A DNA stretch of 64,000 nt from Narcine bancroftii (GCF_036971445.1 NC_091469.1:159278001-159342000), one strand, 5' to 3'; counted from the stretch's first letter, positions 37,145 to 49,382 are shown. Notes: generated from the letters alone by a model not told the origin. Numbers and translations: made by a program.

Positions 37145-38635
37145 ATGGGAGGATCAAAATCTAAGGGCTCGTCTGAAAATTCAGGACAATTCCTGGGAGT
37201 ACCCCTTGACAGCCCTTTGGGGAGAATGTTTGAAAATTGGGATAGTAAAAGATATCGGGACAAAAACAAGAAAAAGATGGTCCAATATTGTCTCCTTTGG
37301 TCAAAACAACCTATTAAAGGTTCCTCGGTCTGGTGGCCGAAATTTGGATCTGATGAGGATTGGGTTAGACAAGCATTAAACATATATGTAAATTCGAGAC
37401 CAAAGGTGAATCAAGAAGAGTCAGCATATGCATTTTGTTGGGTTCCCTGGCCAGGATCCTTAACAGAATGTTTTAAATTGAGAGTGGCAGGAGAAAAGAA
37501 ATGGGAACCTCTGGACAACCTTCCCCCTCCTTATATTCCCCCGGTGCCTACTGCGCCCGAGGAAAGCTTATTACCGGAGGGGAAAGGTGATGAATCTGAT
37601 TGCCCCGAAGGGGGCCGGGATAAAAAGGATGAATTAAGGGAGTCGGACCCTAAACTTCCACCGGTAAACCGACCCTGGACAAGATCCCAGACTGGTCCAG
37701 GACCATCAAAGTTTTCAATAAACCTAAATCCCCTGAGACAAGTTCCTATGGGAGGACCGGGAGGGGGAACGGGATATGTGAATGTTCCCCTAACTAGTAC
37801 AGAGGTGCGGGGATTTAAGAAAGAAATGAAAAAGTTATTGGAAGATCCTATAGGACTGGCTGAACAGCTTGACCAATTCTTGGGACCAAACACATATACG
37901 TGGGAAGAGATGCAGGCAATAATGGGAACATTATTTTCACCCCAGGAGAGGCAGATGATTCGACGGGCTGCCCTCCTCATGTGGGAATATGAACAACCTG
38001 GGGACCCTAGACCCCATGAACAAAAATATCCCTTAAATGAACCCAGGTGGGACAAACGAACACCCGAGGGATTGGCAAGTATGAGACAATATAGAGAGTG
38101 GACAATTAAAGGGATACGGGAGGCTGTGCCAAAGGGTCACAATTTTACCAAGGCATTTGGGAACCACCAGGGGAAAGACGAGTCCCCTACTGATTTTTTG
38201 GAGAGGGTGAGAAAGAATGTCCAACAGTATGCTGGTGTGGACCCTAGTACACCAATGGGTGAACAGCTTATTCGAATTGAATTTGTTTCCAAATCATGGC
38301 AAGACATTAGAAAGAAACTAGAAAAGGAGGAGGACTGGAGTGAAAAACCCCTAAGTGAACTGTTAAAAAAGGCACAAAAAGTATATGTGCAGAGAGAAGA
38401 AGAAGATCAAAAGAAGGCGACAAAGGTTATGGTACAGACTATCCGACAGATGAATGCTGAATCCAGAGGGGAAAGAAAACAAAACCTTCCTCTAAACAAT
38501 CCAAAATATCCAAGAGAGGGAAGACCCCGGAGATTCGTTAAGTGCTATTACTGCAATGAGGAAGGACACTTTAAGAGGGAATTCCCCCGATACAAGAGGG
38601 AATTGCGTGCCCTCGAACTTATGGAAGAAGATTAG
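37145..38635 (+). CDS. gag: Gag polyprotein (496 aa)
   Basis: N-terminal MG myristoylation signal, PPPY late domain, capsid MHR-like QGKDESPTDFLER, and zinc knuckle CYYC...H with the last Cys changed to Phe. Confidence 0.95.
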   Translation: MGGSKSKGSSENSGQFLGVPLDSPLGRMFENWDSKRYRDKNKKKMVQYCLLWSKQPIKGSSVWWPKFGSDEDWVRQALNIYVNSRPKVNQEESAYAFCWVPWPGSLTECFKLRVAGEKKWEPLDNLPPPYIPPVPTAPEESLLPEGKGDESDCPEGGRDKKDELRESDPKLPPVNRPWTRSQTGPGPSKFSINLNPLRQVPMGGPGGGTGYVNVPLTSTEVRGFKKEMKKLLEDPIGLAEQLDQFLGPNTYTWEEMQAIMGTLFSPQERQMIRRAALLMWEYEQPGDPRPHEQKYPLNEPRWDKRTPEGLASMRQYREWTIKGIREAVPKGHNFTKAFGNHQGKDESPTDFLERVRKNVQQYAGVDPSTPMGEQLIRIEFVSKSWQDIRKKLEKEEDWSEKPLSELLKKAQKVYVQREEEDQKKATKVMVQTIRQMNAESRGERKQNLPLNNPKYPREGRPRRFVKCYYCNEEGHFKREFPRYKRELRALELMEED

Positions 38636-41600
38636 GGGTGTCAGGGGTTCCAAATGTTAGGGACCAAATATAAGAGGGAACCCCTGGTAAAACTAAAAAT
38701 TGGTCCCAAGGGAGAAGAGGTGGTGTTTATGGTGGACACAGGAGTGGAACGAAGTAGTGTAATAACTGTGCCAATCGGAACTGAGCCTATAAAAAGTAAT
38801 TTGACAATTTCTGGGATAGAAGGAGCTCCCAGAATGGTATCAATAATTCCCCAAGTAACAGTGAAACTGGAAGAAAGAGAAGGGGTACAAGACCTCTTGT
38901 TATTACCTTCGGCTGGATTTAACCTCCTAGGAAGGGACTTACAGGCTCTCCTAGGTTTGGGTGCTCTCCCTGTGGACGGAGAAGTGCGAGTCCACCTCTG
39001 CGCTTTAAAGGAAGAGGATGAACGGCAGATTGACGAGAGAGTCTGGTATAAGGAGGGAAATCGAGGAGGTCTGGACATCCCACCTTTACATGTCACATTA
39101 ATACCAGGTCATCAGCCGGTAAGGAAACGTCAGTATCCTATTTCTTTGGAAGGGAGAAAAGGGCTACAGCCGGTAATTGAGACTTTAATACGAGACGGAC
39201 TATTAGAAGAATGCATGTCACCTTATAACACCCCTATACTCCCAGTAAAAAAGTCAGATGGATCCTATCGCCTAGTTCAGGATCTAAGAAGTTTGAATGC
39301 TATTGTTCAGACCCGCCACCCAGTGGTGCCTAATCCCTATACTATTATGAGTCGGATTCCCCCAGACCATGAGTGGTTTAGTGTTATCGACTTGAAGGAT
39401 GCCTTCTGGACTTGTCCGTTAGAAGAGGAAAGTAGAGATATGTTTGTGTTTGAATGGGAAAATCCATGGACAGGTAGACGGAGACAGTTTCGGTGGACTG
39501 TATTGCCCCAAGGGTTCACTGAATCTCCAAACCTGTTTGGACAAATGCTAGAACAAATCCTGATGGACTATCCACAATCTGATGATTCCCAACTAATGCA
39601 GTATGTGGATGATTTACTATTATCAGGACCCAAGGAACAAGAAATGAGGAGAGAGACCATTAGACTCTTGAATTATCTGGGGAAAAAGGGTCTACGAGTG
39701 TCCAGAAACAAGTTACAGTTTGTTGAGAAAACTGTGATATATCTGGGACACCAGATAAGTAAAGGACAGAAACGGATTACCCCTGAACGAATTGCGGGAA
39801 TCACTAGAATGCCTTTACCCCGTAATAAGAAGGAAATAAGACAATTCCTGGGACTCTTAGGATACTGTAGGTTATGGATAGAGGACTACTCAGTTTTGGT
39901 GAAGTTTATGTATGATAAACTGACAAATGAAAATGACTATCCATTGAAATGGACCCAGGAGGAGGAGGGATGGTTCGAGGACTTGAAACATCGCCTAACA
40001 CGAGCCCCAGTGCTCACTCTGCCCTCTTTAAAATAGCCCTTCCAGCTATTTTTCACTCATAACCAAGGAACAGCTGTGGGAGTTTTAACACAAGAAAAAG
40101 GCGGTCAGCGACACCCAGTAGCTTTCCTTTCCAAAATGATGGACCCAGTGTCTCGCGGATGGCCGACGTGTATCCAGGGAGTAGCGGCTGCTGCTCTGTT
40201 GGTAGAGGAAGCACGTAAACTTACTTTTGGAGGAAAGATGACTGTGTACACCTCCCATTCTGTAAGTGTTTTATTAACACAAACTGCCCATCGATGGCTG
40301 ACTGATTCTCGCATATTAAAGTATGAAACCATTTTAATGGTTGGAGAAGATTTACAGTTTGCAAAAATTAATAGCTGCAACCCAGCTCAATTTTTATACG
40401 GCAGTGAAACAGAGAAAGAGGTGGAGCATGACTGTGTCGAGTTGACAGATCTTCAGACCAAGACCCGAGAAGACCTTTGCGATACTCCGCTGGGAGAAGG
40501 ATATGAATTCTACATTGACGGCTCCGCCAGATGTGTTGACGGAATGAGAAGAAATGGGTATGCTATAATAGAAGGAAATACTTGGAAAGTAGTAGAATCC
40601 ACGAGACTACCCGGAAGCTGGTCAGCACAATCCTGTGAACTATATGCCTTGCAGAGAGCCCTCAGAATACTGGCAAAGAAAATTGGAACAATTTACACAG
40701 ATTCCAAATACGCATACGGAGTAGTGCATACCTTTGGTAAGATCTGGAAGGAGCGTGGTCTAATTACATCAAGAGGAAAGGAATTGGCACACGAACAGAT
40801 GATTACTCTGACTCTAGAAGCCTTAACATTACCCCAAGAAATAGCAGTGGTCTACATACCAAGCCATCAAAGGGGAGATAACCCGACAGCAATTGGAAAC
40901 AGACTGGCTGATGAAGAAGCCAAAAGAGCAGCCATGCAACAAGAAGTCCGTTTGCTGACTTTAATCCCAATAAGGCAAGGCATAAAGACAGCTCCCATTT
41001 TCACTGCTAAAGAAGAAAAGAACATGGATCAGCTGGGCGCAAGCCAGTTACCTGATGGAACATGGAAAACACCAGATGGAAGAATTGTTCTAAATAAAGA
41101 AATAACTCGCAATATTTTAAAACACCTGCATCAACAGAGCCACTGGGGCACCCAAGCCTTATGTGACACAGTGCTTCGAGAATATGTGTGTAAGGGAATC
41201 TACACCTTGGCCCAACAAGAGGTGCAAAATTGTTACCTATGCACAAAAATTAATAAGAAGATAATGAGGACAGGGACCATGGGAGGTCAACCATTAGCCA
41301 TACGCCCTTTTCAACGTATCCAGATCGACTTCACAGAGTTACCTCAAGTTCAAAGATGGAAATATCTGTTGGTGATAATAGATCACTTTACCCGATGGGT
41401 AGAAGCCTTCCCAACAATAAATACTACAGCCTCTACAGTAGCTCGCCTCCTCCTAGAGCAGATAATCCCCAGATATGGTATAATGGATTCTATAGACTCA
41501 GACAGGGGTCCACATTTTTCTTCAAAAATCCAGCAATTGATTTGTGATGCATTACAGGTCTCTTGGAAATTACATACCCCTTGGCATCCACAAAGCTCAG

Positions 41601-42163
41601 GGAAGGTCGAACGTATGAATGGAACACTAAAAATCCAATTGACAAAGTTAATGGTGGAAACTAAAATGCCTTGGATAAAGTGTCTGCCCCTAGCCTTATT
41701 AAGAATTCGTACTGCCCCACGAAAAGATGTAGGGCTGTCCCCTTATGAAATGATGTTTGGGCTTCCCATCTGGAGTACAGTTGAGGGGTGTCCCACCTTG
41801 GGGGAAGGGGATATATTTGTTAGGAACTATTTACAGGCACTGTCACGCTCTCTTACAGATTTACGAAAGAGAGGACTATTGGCACAAACACCGCCTCTAG
41901 ACTTTTCTTTACACAAAGTGGAACCAGGAGACTGGATTCTTATCAAGACCTGGAAGACTGAAAAACTCCAGCCCCAGTGGGAAGGTCCATACCAAGTTCT
42001 CTTAACTACAGAAGCTGCAGCACGAACAAGAGAGAAGGGGTGGACACACGCATCCAGATTTAAGGGACCTGTAGAGGCGCCTCAGGACCCTGATACGAAC
42101 TCAGATTGGACTTGTATTCCTGGAGAAAAACCTCTTACCTTACGATTTCGCAAAAAGACTTAA
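38636..42163 (+). pseudogene. pol: Pro-Pol (protease, RT, RNase H, integrase), in frame with gag; one premature TAG at 40034-40036
   Basis: DTG, LPQG, YVDD, YIDGS, TDSKY, HHCC, DDE and GPY motifs; ORFs 38654-40036 and 40076-42163 share a frame. Confidence 0.95.
38642..38707 (+). promoter_or_regulatory. Predicted gag-pol stop-readthrough pseudoknot
   Basis: CAGGGGTTCC (38642-51) pairs with GGAACCCCTG (38677-86); GGGACCAA (38660-67) pairs with TTGGTCCC (38700-07). Confidence 0.8.
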
Positions 42164-42169
42164 TTCACA

Positions 42170-43872
42170 ATGTTATTGTTATGTTCTTTGATTTTTCTTA
42201 GTTTGCCTATGTCTTTATCAGGTGTGAAATGTAAGAAATGCAGAGATACAGTGGTCCTGTTTCAGGACCACATTTGGGGAAGAAAGGAAGGTAATTTCAT
42301 TTCCCATACCTCAGTTCCTGAGAAATGCTGGGCAGAAAATACCACCCAACATCCATATACCCCTTGTGTGGAAAAAGAAGGAAATAATATGAGTCATTAT
42401 ATACAGATTCCTAATACCACTCCTTTCCCTCTTAACGGTTGGAAAGGTGACTCAAGCCCACCATGCCCTGATGGACTCTGGTTTTGCATACACCAACGTA
42501 CTGTTCCAATGAGAAGTTACACTCCACACTCGAAATTGCCTGTCCCTTTAAGACAGCCGGACTTAGTTCGAGTCCATCCAAATAACCATGTAAGTTTCGG
42601 TAATGTAATTGAGGAAGATAACCTTTTTGTAGATCTGGCAACTAAAATTGCAGGAACTTTTAATGTAACCAATTGTTGGGTCTGCGGGGGTCCACGGATG
42701 TCAGAACAATGGCCTTGGTGGGGAGAACCTCTCAATTCATTGACCATGATTTCCCGCATTTGGACAACTAACCGAACGAGATCAAGAGAAACCTGGTCTC
42801 TCTCTAATGTCCCCTCTGGTTTTTATTGTCTCTCACGAGCCGGCAAATACCCAGTAGGAGAAAGTCCCTGCAAGGCTGTATGGATTCGCATTTCGCCTGG
42901 TGTTTTCACTTGGTTTCCTAAACCTCAGACTTGGTTCTTATCCACTGTTTTTAAAACTAATTGCCTACCCCTGTCTAATAGCAGTATTCAGTTTTGGAAT
43001 TGTACCACTTCCACCATCACAGGACCATGCCAATCAAATCCTGTTCTTAAAAGAGTTTGGGAAAGGGGGTATGGAGTATCCCCAAATGGATTATTCTGGG
43101 TATGTGGTAATAAAGCTTATACTCGTCTTCCCTCACAGTGGAGTGGAACTTGTTTCCTAGGAATAATCCGCCCAGAATTTTTCCTTCTACCCCACGATCA
43201 CGGTCATAAATTAGGCGTGAAGGTCTTTGATACATTACATCGTGAACCCCGCTCTACCACGGTACATTTGGGAGAATGGAGAGATGATTGGCCTCCAGAG
43301 CGCATAATTCAATATTATGGTCCCGCTACATGGGCTCAAGATGGATCTTGGGGTTATCGTACTCCTATATATATGTTAAATCGCATAATTCGCTTACAAG
43401 CAGTGCTTGAAATTGTTACAAATCAAACAGCTATAGCCCTGCAATTACTTGCATCCCAGCAAGGTCAAATGCGCTCTGCTATATATCAGAACCGTCTAGC
43501 CCTAGACTATCTCCTAGCCACGGAAGGAGGTGTATGTGGCAAACTTAATTTGACTACTGCTGCTTACAGATTGATGATAATGGAAAAGCCGTTCGTAAAA
43601 TCGCTGATAATATTCGTACATTGTCCCATGTACCGGTTCAAACCTGGCATCCTTTCCCACAATTTAATTGGATGGACAAATGGTTTGGAGGAACCTGGTG
43701 GCGTACCTTCTTGTGGGTCATCGGAGGTATTTTATTCCTCCTACTTATTTTGCCCTGTATTATTCCCTGTCTACGCAGCCTGGTGATTTCCATGGTCGAA
43801 CAAGCTATGCAACCAGGGGGGATGGGAGACCCTGTAAGACTTTTATTTCAGCGTGAGATTAATGTATCATAA
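42170..43872 (+). pseudogene. env: Env of ERV3/HERV-E/HERV-I type; 1-bp frameshift at ~43556
   Basis: Signal peptide, CWVC, REPR cleavage site, WPPERIIQYYGPATWAQDG, and ISD YQNRLALDYLLA. CX6CC and the TM anchor lie in the shifted frame ending at 43872. Confidence 0.93.
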
Positions 43873-43934
43873 AACATTTCTCTTCCCTAGCTTAGAATCC
43901 CCATTCATATCTATACATATATTCAACACATTTT

Positions 43935-43954
43935 AAAGAGAGAAAGGGGTGGAT
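43935..43954 (+). promoter_or_regulatory. Polypurine tract
   Basis: AAAGAGAGAAAGGGGTGGAT directly before the 3' LTR. Confidence 0.9.
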
Positions 43955-44430
43955 TGTGATATAGAGAATTTAGGTTAAAAAGACTTAAGTTAAAATGTGA
44001 TGATTAATCATAAACAGGGAAGCCAGAACGGACAGAGAGTTTACTAGCAGTCAAGGACAGAAGGAGCTGCTGAATATGTTTTTTTAAACCTATCTTTTCA
44101 TGGTCATAGTGAGAGACATGCAGGAGACAAAGGATTGATAAGAAGTGTGAGAAACAGAATTCAGTGAATGTAGAGTTCACAGCGTACGTAACGAACGTGA
44201 TAATTAATAATGCAGTTATACTTAGAATGTTTTTGTAATACTAACCAATTAAAACAGTATTAATAAGAAGGGGAAGGGCAAATAATAAAGGTATAAAAAT
44301 CAATGCACTGTATGTATCGGGGCTTAACTGGTGAGAAACCAGTTGAGTCCAACTCTGCAGACTTGTAAATAAAGCTTGTCGTGTCATCAGTTTTAAAGAG
44401 ACTCATGTGTGAGAAGTTTTATTTCTGACA
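43955..44430 (+). promoter_or_regulatory. 3' LTR (476 bp)
   Basis: No difference from the 5' LTR found by eye. Confidence 0.96.
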
Positions 44431-45668
44431 ATGGTGACAGGTAAAATAGATAGGGGAGAGCCAGTGGATGTGGTGTACCTGGACTTCCAAAAGGCCTTCG
44501 ATAAGGTCCCACATAAATGACTGGCTTCCAAAATCAAGGCTCATGGGATTGGGGGCAAAGTATTGATGTGGTTTGAGAACTGGCTGGCAGGTAGAAGACA
44601 GAGAGTTGGGATAAATGGCTTGTTTTCTGAGTGGCAGGCGGTGACCAGTGGGGTGCCACAGGGATCTGTACTGGGACCCCAGCTGTTCACAATTTACATT
44701 AATGATCTGGATGAGGGGATTGGATGTAATATCTCCAAATTTGCAGACGACACTGAGCTAGGAGGGGTTGTGTGCACGGAAGAGGGGGTCAGGAAGCTCC
44801 AGTGTGATTTGGATAAATTGAGGGACTGGGCAGATCCATGGCAAATGCACTACAATGTGGATAAATGTGAGGTTATCCACTTTGGTAATACAAACCGGAG
44901 GGCAGATTACTATTTGAATGGCAATAGATTGGGAGATTGGGAAGTGCAGAGAGACCTAAGGGTTCTTATGCACCAGTCACTGAAGGCGAGCATGCAGGTA
45001 CAGCAGGCGGTTAAAAAGGCAAATGGTATGTTGGCCTTCATATCAAGAGAGTTTGAGTATAGGAATAAGGATACCTTACTGCAGCTGTACAGGGCCTTGG
45101 TGAGACCCCACCTAGAGTATTGTGTGCAGTTTTGGTCACCTTATCTAAGGAAGGATGTTCTTGCAATGGAGGGAGTGCAGAGGCGATTCACCAGGCTGAT
45201 ACCTGGAATGGCAGGAATGACTTAGGAGGAAAGATTGCGCAAATTGGGATTGTACTCGCTGGAGTTTAGAAGATTGAGATGGGATCTCATAGAGACATAT
45301 AAAATTCTGGCAGGACTGGGCAGAATGGATGCAGAAGGGATGTTTCCAATGGTGGGGAATCCAGAACCCGGGGCCATGGATCAAGGATAATAGTCAAACC
45401 ATTTAGAGCCGAGATGAGGAGGAATTTCTTTACCCAGAGGGTGGTGAATCTGTGGAATTCATTGCCACAGAGGGCAGTAGAGGCAGGTTCACTGAATATA
45501 TTTAAGAGGGAATTAGATATATTTCTTCAGTATAAGGGAATTAGGGGTTACGGAGAGAAGGCGGGGACGGAGTACTGAAATTTATGATCAGCCATGATCT
45601 CATTGAATGCGGAGCAGGCTCGAACGGCCAAATGACCTACTCCTGCTCCTATTTTCTATGTTTCTATG

Positions 45669-47325
45669 ATACAATTGGTGGGGACAACCTTCTAGGGACA
45701 GGTTATAGTGGCACTGAGACTGGGTCCTCAGCTCAGAAGGGAAAGAGGGAAGAGAGGAGAGCAGTGGGATGGGGGATTTGATAGGAGGACAGATAGGAAG
45801 TTCTGTGGGAAAGATTGAGTATCTCAGATGGTCTGTTGCCTCCCTGGTGCCAGGGTCTAAGATATCTCAGATTGAGTTCTTCTGATTCTAAGGAGGGAGG
45901 GTGAGCTGCCAGATGTTGTGGTCCATGAATGGACCAATTTTCTAGGGTTCCATTATTTCAGACATGATAGAGGGAGAGGGATGAAAGTGGGAGGAGTGGT
46001 GTTGCACTGGACAGTCCAGAAGACTCAGCTTCAGAAGCCATTTGGGTGGAGCTATGGAACGGGAAAGGTGTGAACACACTAATAGGCTTATATTTTAATC
46101 TGCCCAATAGTTTGAGAGAATTGGAGGCACAAATCTGTCGGGAGCTGGCAGACCATTGTAAGAAACAAAGTTGTGGTAGTCGGAGATCTTAACTTTCCGC
46201 ATATTGAATGGGACTCCCATACTGTAAAAGGACTGGGTGGCTTGGGAGTAGATGAACCAATGAGAGAGGATGCAATACTTGATGTCCTGTTAGGGAATCA
46301 GGCAGGTCAGGATTCAGAAGCCTGTATTGGTGAGCATTTTGAGTCCAGTGACCATAATATCATTTGGTTCAAGTTACTTATGGATAAGGATAGATCTGGT
46401 CCTCGATTTGAGGTTCTACATTGGAGAAAGGACAATTTTGTGGAAATGAGAAAGGATCTTGGAGGAGTCAATTGGAATAAGCTATTTTCTGGCAAGGATG
46501 CGTCCAACAAGTGGAAGGCATTCAAGGGGGAGATTTTGAGGTGCATTCCTACCAGGATTAAAGGGAAAGTTAACAGGCATAGGGAATCTTGGTTTTCAAG
46601 GGACATTGGTGATAGGATTAAAAGAGAGAGGTGTATAACTCGTTAAAAAAAAACAAGGAGGAAATGAGGTAGTCGCAGAGTATCGAAAATGTAAGGGAAT
46701 ACTAACAAATAAAATCAGGAAGGGAAAAATGGTCCCCGGGAGGATCAGAGTGGTCAACGATGTGTGGAGCCTCACTAAATGCGGGAGGAATTAAACAGTT
46801 TATTTTTACATCAGTATATCTTCAGGAAACTGACATCGTGCATATGGATGGAAGGGAAACGAATAGAAGTGACATGAAATGAATGGAGATTTAAGGAGGA
46901 GGAGGTGATTTCTGCCTGACAGCAAATGAAGGTAGACAGATCCCCTGGGCCAGATTGAATATTCTCTCGGACCTTGAGGGAGACAAGTGTTGAAATTGCA
47001 GGGGCCCTGACAAATGTTCTTGGCCACCAGAGAGGTGCTGGGGGAATTGGAGAGTGGCTCCTGTTGTCCACCTGTTTAAGAAAGGTAACTATAGGCCAGT
47101 GAGTCTGACGTCAGTAGTGGTTAAATTATTAGGAGTTCTGAGAGATAGGATGTTTAGGTATTTGGACAGACATAGACTGATTAAGGACCGTCAGTATGGC
47201 TTTGTGTGTGGTAGGTTGTGTTTAACGAGTCTTGTCGAGTTTTTGAGGAAGTAACCAAGAAGGTAGATGAAGGAAACATTGCACAATGGAGGTTAGTTCA
47301 GAAGGTTAAGACACTTAAGGTTAAG
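45669..47325 (+). mobile_element. Old degenerate CR1 (ORF1 end, endonuclease, RT start)
   Basis: VVGDLNFPHIEW, SSDHN and NYRPVSLTSVV motifs. Confidence 0.8.
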
Positions 47326-47328
47326 AAT

Positions 47329-48305
47329 TGTTAGAATAGTAATGGATAAAATATGTCTTTAAAAGTGATGGATAGTATACTTCACAGAGTAACACTTCAC
47401 AAAAGACGTCTCTTTTAAAATGCAAGAGCTTTGCTGAATCTGGACGTTGAGGCTCCGGTTAATTTTACAGAAGCAATGAAGATGCTGATCTATTGTGCAC
47501 AGGCGATAAAGTCCAGGCTCCGAGATACTGATAAGATCTTTCGACGATTATGTTTGGAACCCTGGAAGAGGTCATGTGTTTTTTTACAAGCAGAGATAGG
47601 ANNNNNNNNNNNNNNNNNNNNNNNNNNNNNNNNNNNNNNNNNNNNNNNNNNNNNNNNNNNNNNNNNNNNNNNNNNNNNNNNNNNNNNNNNNNNNNNNNNN
47701 NNNNNNNNNNNNNNNNNNNNNNNNNNNNNNNNNNNNNNNGAGGGTGTGACATGGAAAGCTGGCAGCTTGTTGAAAACCTCATTTTGAAGACTGGTTGTGA
47801 GTTCAGAGTTCAGCCTGTTCAAAACCCTTATGAGGAAATGGCTGGTTAGAGTTTCTCCTGAAATAAGGGAAATAAGAGGAACTCTGTGCTCACCTGGAAG
47901 AAGAGGTTATCATTTGGAAAACCCATGATGGGGGAAGTTTCTTTGGCAAGACATTGAAGTGACTGATTGGAGGAAATCAGTTTGTGCGTGTCCAATAAGC
48001 AACAAATATCTCTGAAACCAACAAGAACCTTCCTGAGCAATAACTATTTAACTTTAAGCACCAAAACCTGGTGAAGATTCATAAATGTTAAATTCTGTGC
48101 ACAGTATGAGAATTGCCTGATAACGGTGAACTTGGAGAAGGGAAAAGTGAATGATTGGACAGTGAATCAGAGAACTTACTTGAACACAAACTCATTACCT
48201 ACACGTGCACTTAGAATTAGAAGGGGATTAAGTTAAGTTAAGCTATTAGTAATAAGTTAAAATTTGATCGTCTTTTTATGCTTAAAGAAAATTAAAAGCA
48301 AATTT
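47329..48305. mobile_element. Diverged solo LTR related to copies 1-3, 3'-truncated; N gap at 47602-47739
   Basis: Shared blocks such as ataaatgttaaattctgtgcacagtat and gttaagttaag; starts with TGT. Confidence 0.7.
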
Positions 48306-48986
48306 GCTGCACGACTTTGGTTGGGGGACTCACATGGGTTGCTGGAGACTGAATCTCGGGAACAAGATATTGGAACCTGGATTTAAGAGGGTGCTGAGGG
48401 CAAGAGGGGCTCCTAAATGGCCTCGGGTGCTGAAGGCTTCCTGATTGGATCAGGGGTTTGGATCTGGAGCTCGGGTTGTCGATTGATTGAGTCTGTGCAG
48501 CTGCAGAGGCTGCGGGAGGGCTGGAGGTGAATCCACGGACACTCAGTGACTCTAAAGGGACTCTCCTTTGCTTCTTCTCCTTGGGTGACACTAATGGCCA
48601 CTTTTCACCTTATGGAAACTGATTTCATGTAATATTAGGTTCTGTAAATTACATGACAATAAAGGAATCTTAATAATTAAGTCAGGGTGGAAGGGGTTTG
48701 GCAGGAGCCAGCGAAGAATTGGTGGATCAGGGAAGGGTCATGGTTGCTGGAGAGAGGCCGTTGATTGGCCGGTGCCGGACAAGAGGTGAAATAAAATGGA
48801 TGTCAAAGAAGGGTATTGGTTGAAGTCCAGCAGTGACAAATCTGAAGTTCAGCTCAAGATTCAGGACATGGGGCGCAGGTCGCAGCTAAATGCCTGGCAT
48901 GTCCAAGCCTGTGACAGACTCTCCGCCCCTCCCTCCACCTTGCTCTTCCCCTCACCACACACTGGAGAAAGTTGCAATGTTATTAC

Positions 48987-49382
48987 CGGGAGAGACCACT
49001 AAGTGGGCCTTGCACTGGGTCAGATGAATAAACAGAGTCTTCATGGGACCATAATTTCCATTTTTATAACGGAAGTGAGCTGGTTTACTGGACTCCACCA
49101 GACACAGGTAGGTGTGACTGTCTTCCACGCTCAGCTGGTTTATCTGGGTTGAGGCGTTTCCGTGTTCGGGGTCCCCGACGAGCTCATATCGAGTTACATT
49201 GCTTTCTGCCACCCACGATCCACCAGATCTCTGCCTGAATGTGACGATGTGCCGATAGGGATCCTTCACCATCCAGGTGACCGTGTGCAGGGTGAGGTCA
49301 GACAGAGGCCATTTGAACACACAGGGTAAGGTGACTGAATCTCCCTCAGTCCCACTCACCATTGAGCAATTCCCGTCAGGAG
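48987..49382 (-). CDS. Second V-set Ig exon, 396 bp, phase 1-1
   Basis: gtctgtccctcAG acceptor and G|GTAATA donor; EGDSVTLPC, VTW, RYELVGD...NAS and EDSHTYLC motifs. Confidence 0.9.

Larger units (their letters stand above)
36124..44430 (+). mobile_element. Full-length class I (gamma-like, HERV-I/ERV3-related) endogenous retrovirus, 8307 bp
   Basis: LTR-PBS-gag-pro-pol-env-PPT-LTR order; TG...CA termini; ATGGT TSD at 36119-36123 and 44431-44435. Confidence 0.97.
35101..45668 (+). mobile_element. Younger CR1 LINE split by the ERV (35101-36123 and 44431-45668)
   Basis: KSQGPDNLHPRVLKE and WRVANVTPLFKKG before the ERV; VPQGSVLGP and FADD after it; (TTTCTATG)2 tail; FFEMVTGKID is restored when the ERV and one TSD are removed. 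Confidence 0.92.
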
